Of a stretch of DNA of 64,000 bases, positions 59,501 through 64,000 are shown one piece after another (position 1 is the first letter of the stretch; each line of letters begins with the position of its first letter). Origin of the DNA: Elsinoe ampelina (Eukaryota); contig ML992502.1 in NCBI GenBank assembly GCA_010093995.1, positions 2,172,541 to 2,236,540 on the forward strand, written 5' to 3'. A model generated the notes under the pieces. It was not told the origin of the DNA. It was given only the letters and a program-made list of their open reading frames with translations, and did no database searches. The position numbers and the translations under genes are program-made.

Positions 59501-62500
59501 AGAATATAGTAAGGTCTTTACTATCGACAGAGTTATAGAGGCAGTAGAAGGCTTAATAGATATTAATCTTACTAAAATATTTAGCTTTACTTACGCGCGT
59601 AAGTGTTTCTTTAATAAGAGGCAAAGGATAGACGTTTTACTTAGTTACCTTGTTAAGGCCGTAGTAATCGACGCAAAGGTAGAGTCTACTACTAGGCTTA
59701 TAAACAAAGAGAATAGGCAAGGAATAGCTAGCTAAGCTTAGCGTAATAAAGCCTTTATTAAGGTACTTACGGATAAATAGCTCTACTATATTAAGCTTCT
59801 CTAGTAATAGGCGGCGAAGGAGTTTAGTACGTAGTAGTTTAGCTCTATCCTTAAGTATAATTCGATTGTTAAAATCTAGCCGATATAGAGGAAGCATATT
59901 AGATTACTCTTTAGAGAAGATATTAGTAAACTTCTATAGCTCTTCTAGGAGAACTACTATAGAGTCTAGTTCTAGCTTAGAAGCTATCTAGTAGTAGTCC
60001 TTAATATTCTTTACTAAGATTATAAACACCTTATTCTTTTAGTATTTAGCTACTAATACAAAGGCAGCGGCGCTAATAAAAGTAATAGTTAGCTCTTCTT
60101 ACTTAGTGTTACTTACGTAGGTAAGTACGTAGGAGAACTTATATATTAGCTAAGTGCTATAAGAGATTAGCTTAAACTCTTCCTAATTTAGCTTAAAGTT
60201 CGACCTAAGAGCTAGTAGTCGATATAGTCTAGTTTGTCCTATCTTAGTAGCCGAGCTAGAACCTAGTTCGCGAGTTAAATTAGAACTAAACTAGTTCTAA
60301 ACTAGAGTAGTAGCTTTACTAAGCTAGATTCCTAGATCTAAGCCGGGCTTAGATCTAGATTCTAGCCTTTTAATTAGCTATAGTAGCTCCTACTTAACGA
60401 CCGTTAGTAAAAACTCTTCTTTGTATATAACTTAGCTATGCTTATAGTCGATAGTAGCCCTGTTAGCCTTAAGCCATCCGAGGCTAAGAATAATATTAAA
60501 TCGGCTAATATCTATAATACGGAAGGTAGTAAGGTTATTTAGCTTACTAGAAATAGTAGTAGTAAAAGGGACACTATTAGTGACTTATTCTATCGGAACA
60601 CTATTGTAAGCCTAAAGCTAAATAGAGCTAGCTAGTGCCACTAGATAGCTAAAACTCTTTAGCTTATTAAGAATGTTATAGTTAACTATAGCGCTAATAA
60701 GCGCGCTAGTGTTAATAAAGGCTTAAAGTGTAATAGTGTAAGAGTAGTTATAGGGCTCGTAAATAGTAATAGGAGTTATAATAGCGGGGATATAGTAGCT
60801 AACGACGCTATTTAATAACTATATACCTCCGGATCTATCTCGAATTACTCTTGTTTTACTAGAGAATAGAACTTGTCCTCTAGCTACTTATTTCTCTAGC
60901 TAGATAGGTCGGTAGACTTATAATCTATTTCGGGGTTGAACTAAGGCTAAACTAGATCTAGTTTATAAGCCGAACTAGTATCGACTTAGTTACTTAATTC
61001 GGCTAAGCGATCCTAGAGCTATTATATCTCTTTTATAGCGCTAATACATACGGGATATATAGTAGCGTAAGCGGCCTTCTCTAAGGCACTAGCTATACAC
61101 TTAGTAGAGATATAGCTAAGCTTACCGTATATGTAACAGGTAAGTATTAGAGCTAGACAAAAGAGCTATAGAGCTTCTTCGGTAATAGAGTAAAAGGTAG
61201 CTAGGGCAGTAGGCGCGGAAGTAGAATAAGGTACATAGATTAGTACTATAGTAGCGCGGCTTATAGCTAGGCTAGAGCGTAAGGCCTAAGTGTGCTTAGT
61301 AATAAAGTTACTCTATTAGATATTATAGTTAGTAGCGTAGGCCTTTATAATAAAAGTAAAGAGGTTATTAGTGTCGAAGTTAATAAGGGCGACGTGTAGT
61401 TTATTAGATACCTTCTAACGTAACTAGTAGAGCTATTTGTCCTTAGCAATCTTAGCGCAAAGGGCATACTTATTAAATTCGCTAATAAAGAAGTTAAAAG
61501 AGATATTACGCTAGAAGAGGCTAGCGAACTAGGCGCGCGTAGTAGCCTTATAGTTAGAGTCTTTAAAGCGCTAGGCTAAGATACTAAGGGCGGCTTTAAC
61601 GTTAAGAGTATTATTACTAGCGAAGTCTATAATAAGAGTATATACTTCGCTAGAAAGGCGTAAGTAGAGATAGATAAACTAGGTTACCTTAGTAGAGAAA
61701 TAGTTAGTATTAGCGTGTATCTTGTTCTTTATCTAGTACTTAAAAACCTCGAACTGTTCTAGAGTGCTACTAGAGAAGATAGTAGGGTCTAGTATCTTTT
61801 CGAATAACGTAGTACTACGTATAGAGAGAGCTAGTATAGTACGTTCTATCTCGGCTCTTAGCTAGGCTAGTTCGGCCTTAAGTTTGCTAATATCTATAAG
61901 GTAGCGCGTAGTTTAGACAGTAAGATTGTTAGTAGTGCTATTAGTAGTATTTAGTTCTATTAGAGCGTTATCTAACTAGTTACGTAGGTCGAGAGCGTCG
62001 GTATATACTAAGTTATATATAGTAACCTATTTGTTATAGGTGGACTTAATAAAGGCAAAGGCCTTACGTAGAGTAGTTATCTTATCTATCTCTTATAGCC
62101 TCTTCTTAAGGTTAGTATCGCTAAGGCGGATAAGGTCGTAATAGGCTAACTAGACTAGTTTATTATTGTTATTAGCGAGGAATAGAGGGATCTTACTTAC
62201 GTAGTAATTATCTTTACTATAGTTAGAGTAAGCTATACTCGGGGTAGTTAGTTATAAATAAAACAGTGTAAAAAGTTAACGTATAACAAAGGGAATATTA
62301 AAAATTTTTAGCCGGTAGCCTACTTCCTTTAAGAGTCGTCTATAACTCGACTTATTACCTTTTTCTTATATCTTTAAGGTTTATAGTATTAACTTACATA
62401 GTAGTAGCGAGGATCTATTATAGTGTACGTAGGAACTATAGTTATAATAGCTTCTTCTTCGATTCTTTAATTCTTCGTAAGTAATAGTTAGTAGTTACGT

Positions 62501-62774
62501 AAGTAGTAGAATAACTAGATAATTTAATAGCTCCGTCGCTTAGTTATAGTTATTCGAAGTCTCGATATAGTAATTACAACTAGTAAGATAAGAGAGTTAA
62601 TTACGTCTATTCGTTAAGATATTAAGACTTAAAAGAAGAAGAAGAAAAGCTAGTATATAAAGCATATATAATATCGAGGGCGGAGTAGCTAGAAGCCCGG
62701 GCTACGATGCTAAGATTACATAACTAATCTAAACTATATCCTAACTAAATCTAGTTCGTATCTATCTCGTATTA
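56583..62774 (-). mobile_element. Ty3/gypsy chromovirus family C, full length (204-bp LTRs 56583-56786 and 62571-62774; TSD AATCT)
   Basis: Perfect TSD 56578-56582 / 62775-62779; RT remnant YSLPILFVYKPSSRLYLCVDYYGLNKVTK in the ORF track (59637-59897); chromodomain ~56880-57030; PPT complement after 56786. Confidence 0.92.
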
Positions 62775-64000
62775 AATCTCGGAGTTATAGGACAATAGCT
62801 ATAGTAGGCCTAATACAAGATTGTAACTAGTTATATTAACGCTTTTAAACCGCTAGTATAACGCCTATATTGTTCCTTTACTGTCCTTAATAGTAAAGGC
62901 TAACTTAGTATATCTATAGGTAGTTAATTTATGTTTGTCTAAGCTATATACTTAGTATACTACTAGGGGGTTAATAGCAATATAATAGCGTATAGCAAAA
63001 TACTAGCTAATAAAGTTACTATTAGCGCTACTATCTATTAGAGCTACCCCTTCGATAGAGCCTTTAGGTAGGTTAACTACAACGTTAGTACGAATTTAGT
63101 ACATATTCTATATTACGCTAGAGCTGCTTAGAATTAGTAAACGTAAGGATACTATCTATTTTAAAGAGTTCTTCTAAGGACAGTTCGACGCCTAATAGTC
63201 TAGGCTCTTATAGATATTATAAGAGTAAGTAGCGCTAGGTCGGGGAGCTATAGGGGTAGCATTAGCGCTACTCTACTAGTCCTTTTAGCCCTTATAGTCT
63301 TCGTTATAGTAAGGCCTTTTAGTAAAAGTATTAGTCTTCTCTCTAGCGTTGCACTTATACTACCTCTATATAGGGTTAGAGTAGCCCGGTAGGTTCTACT
63401 CTAAATAAGATAGATATACTAGAAGTTCTATCTTAATTAGGGGTAGGTTTCCCTAATAGAGTACTTTCGAGCGTAGCTCCGGTATAGTATAGGTAATAAG
63501 CTATATATAGCAGGCGTTGTCCGGGAGTAGTACTATCTTAATATAGAACTCGTAACTATCGAGGAACGTATAGAAATTAGTAATTGACTATTCTCTATAC
63601 TAGCGTAATATAAAGAACTTTACTACGTAGCTATTACTACGGTTTTTAAGACTCTAGGCTTAGTCCTAAAGCTAGAACTATATTAGGCTCTACGAGGGTA
63701 TAATACTAGCGCTTTTAGCATATAAGTCCTAATTATAGCTAAGCTAACCTTTTAAGTAGCTAGTAGCTATATAGCACTAAGTAACTTCTTTAAAGTAGAT
63801 ATTTAGCACTATCTTAAAGACGTTATTATACATGCGTATAAATTCCTTAACTCTTACTATAATAGTAGACTCTAAGGCCTTAGGGTAGTATAAGTTTAGC
63901 ATATACTCTCTTACGATTTGTAGGTTTGTTAGGTAAATGTCGTTAAGTTATACATTATCGAAACAACTACGTAGCACTAGCGCTACAACTAGAGAGCAAC

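Larger units (their letters stand above)
45488..64000 (-). mobile_element. Gypsy family A copy A2, in three pieces (45488-45786, 53081-56582, 62775-window end), host to A3 and C
   Basis: Pieces are collinear with A1 35699-40715 once the insertions are removed. Confidence 0.9.

Overview
Filamentous-ascomycete (Pezizomycotina-type) genomic DNA with a bipartite structure. A ~27 kb GC-balanced gene island (5165-32470) lies between two AT-rich blocks of LTR retrotransposons inactivated by repeat-induced point mutation (RIP; TpA excess, CpA/TpG loss). The island holds 10 genes: YRA1, SIT4/PP6, UPF3, a 928-aa orphan, NUD1/Cdc11-like LRR scaffold, a 968-aa disordered protein, TTC1-like TPR protein, XAP5/FAM50, a secreted Thr/Lys/Pro/Glu-rich protein and a CE2-type SGNH esterase. 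The left block is one Ty1/copia element. The right block is a nest: a second copy of that copia family, three copies of Ty3/gypsy family A, one truncated gypsy B and one full gypsy C. Main observations: (1) both copia copies sit exactly 10 bp from a GTCACGTG E-box, ~330 bp upstream of a Pol II gene, suggesting factor-tethered targeted integration; (2) gypsy families A and B each carry an antisense accessory gene between pol and the 3' LTR that encodes a Cys6 zinc-cluster-like protein after de-RIP, and the family A gene has two spliceosomal introns; (3) the secreted protein has 14 exons, all 13 introns are phase 2 and all 12 internal exons are small and symmetric (micro-exon gene architecture). 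All splice models and de-RIP readings were done by eye.
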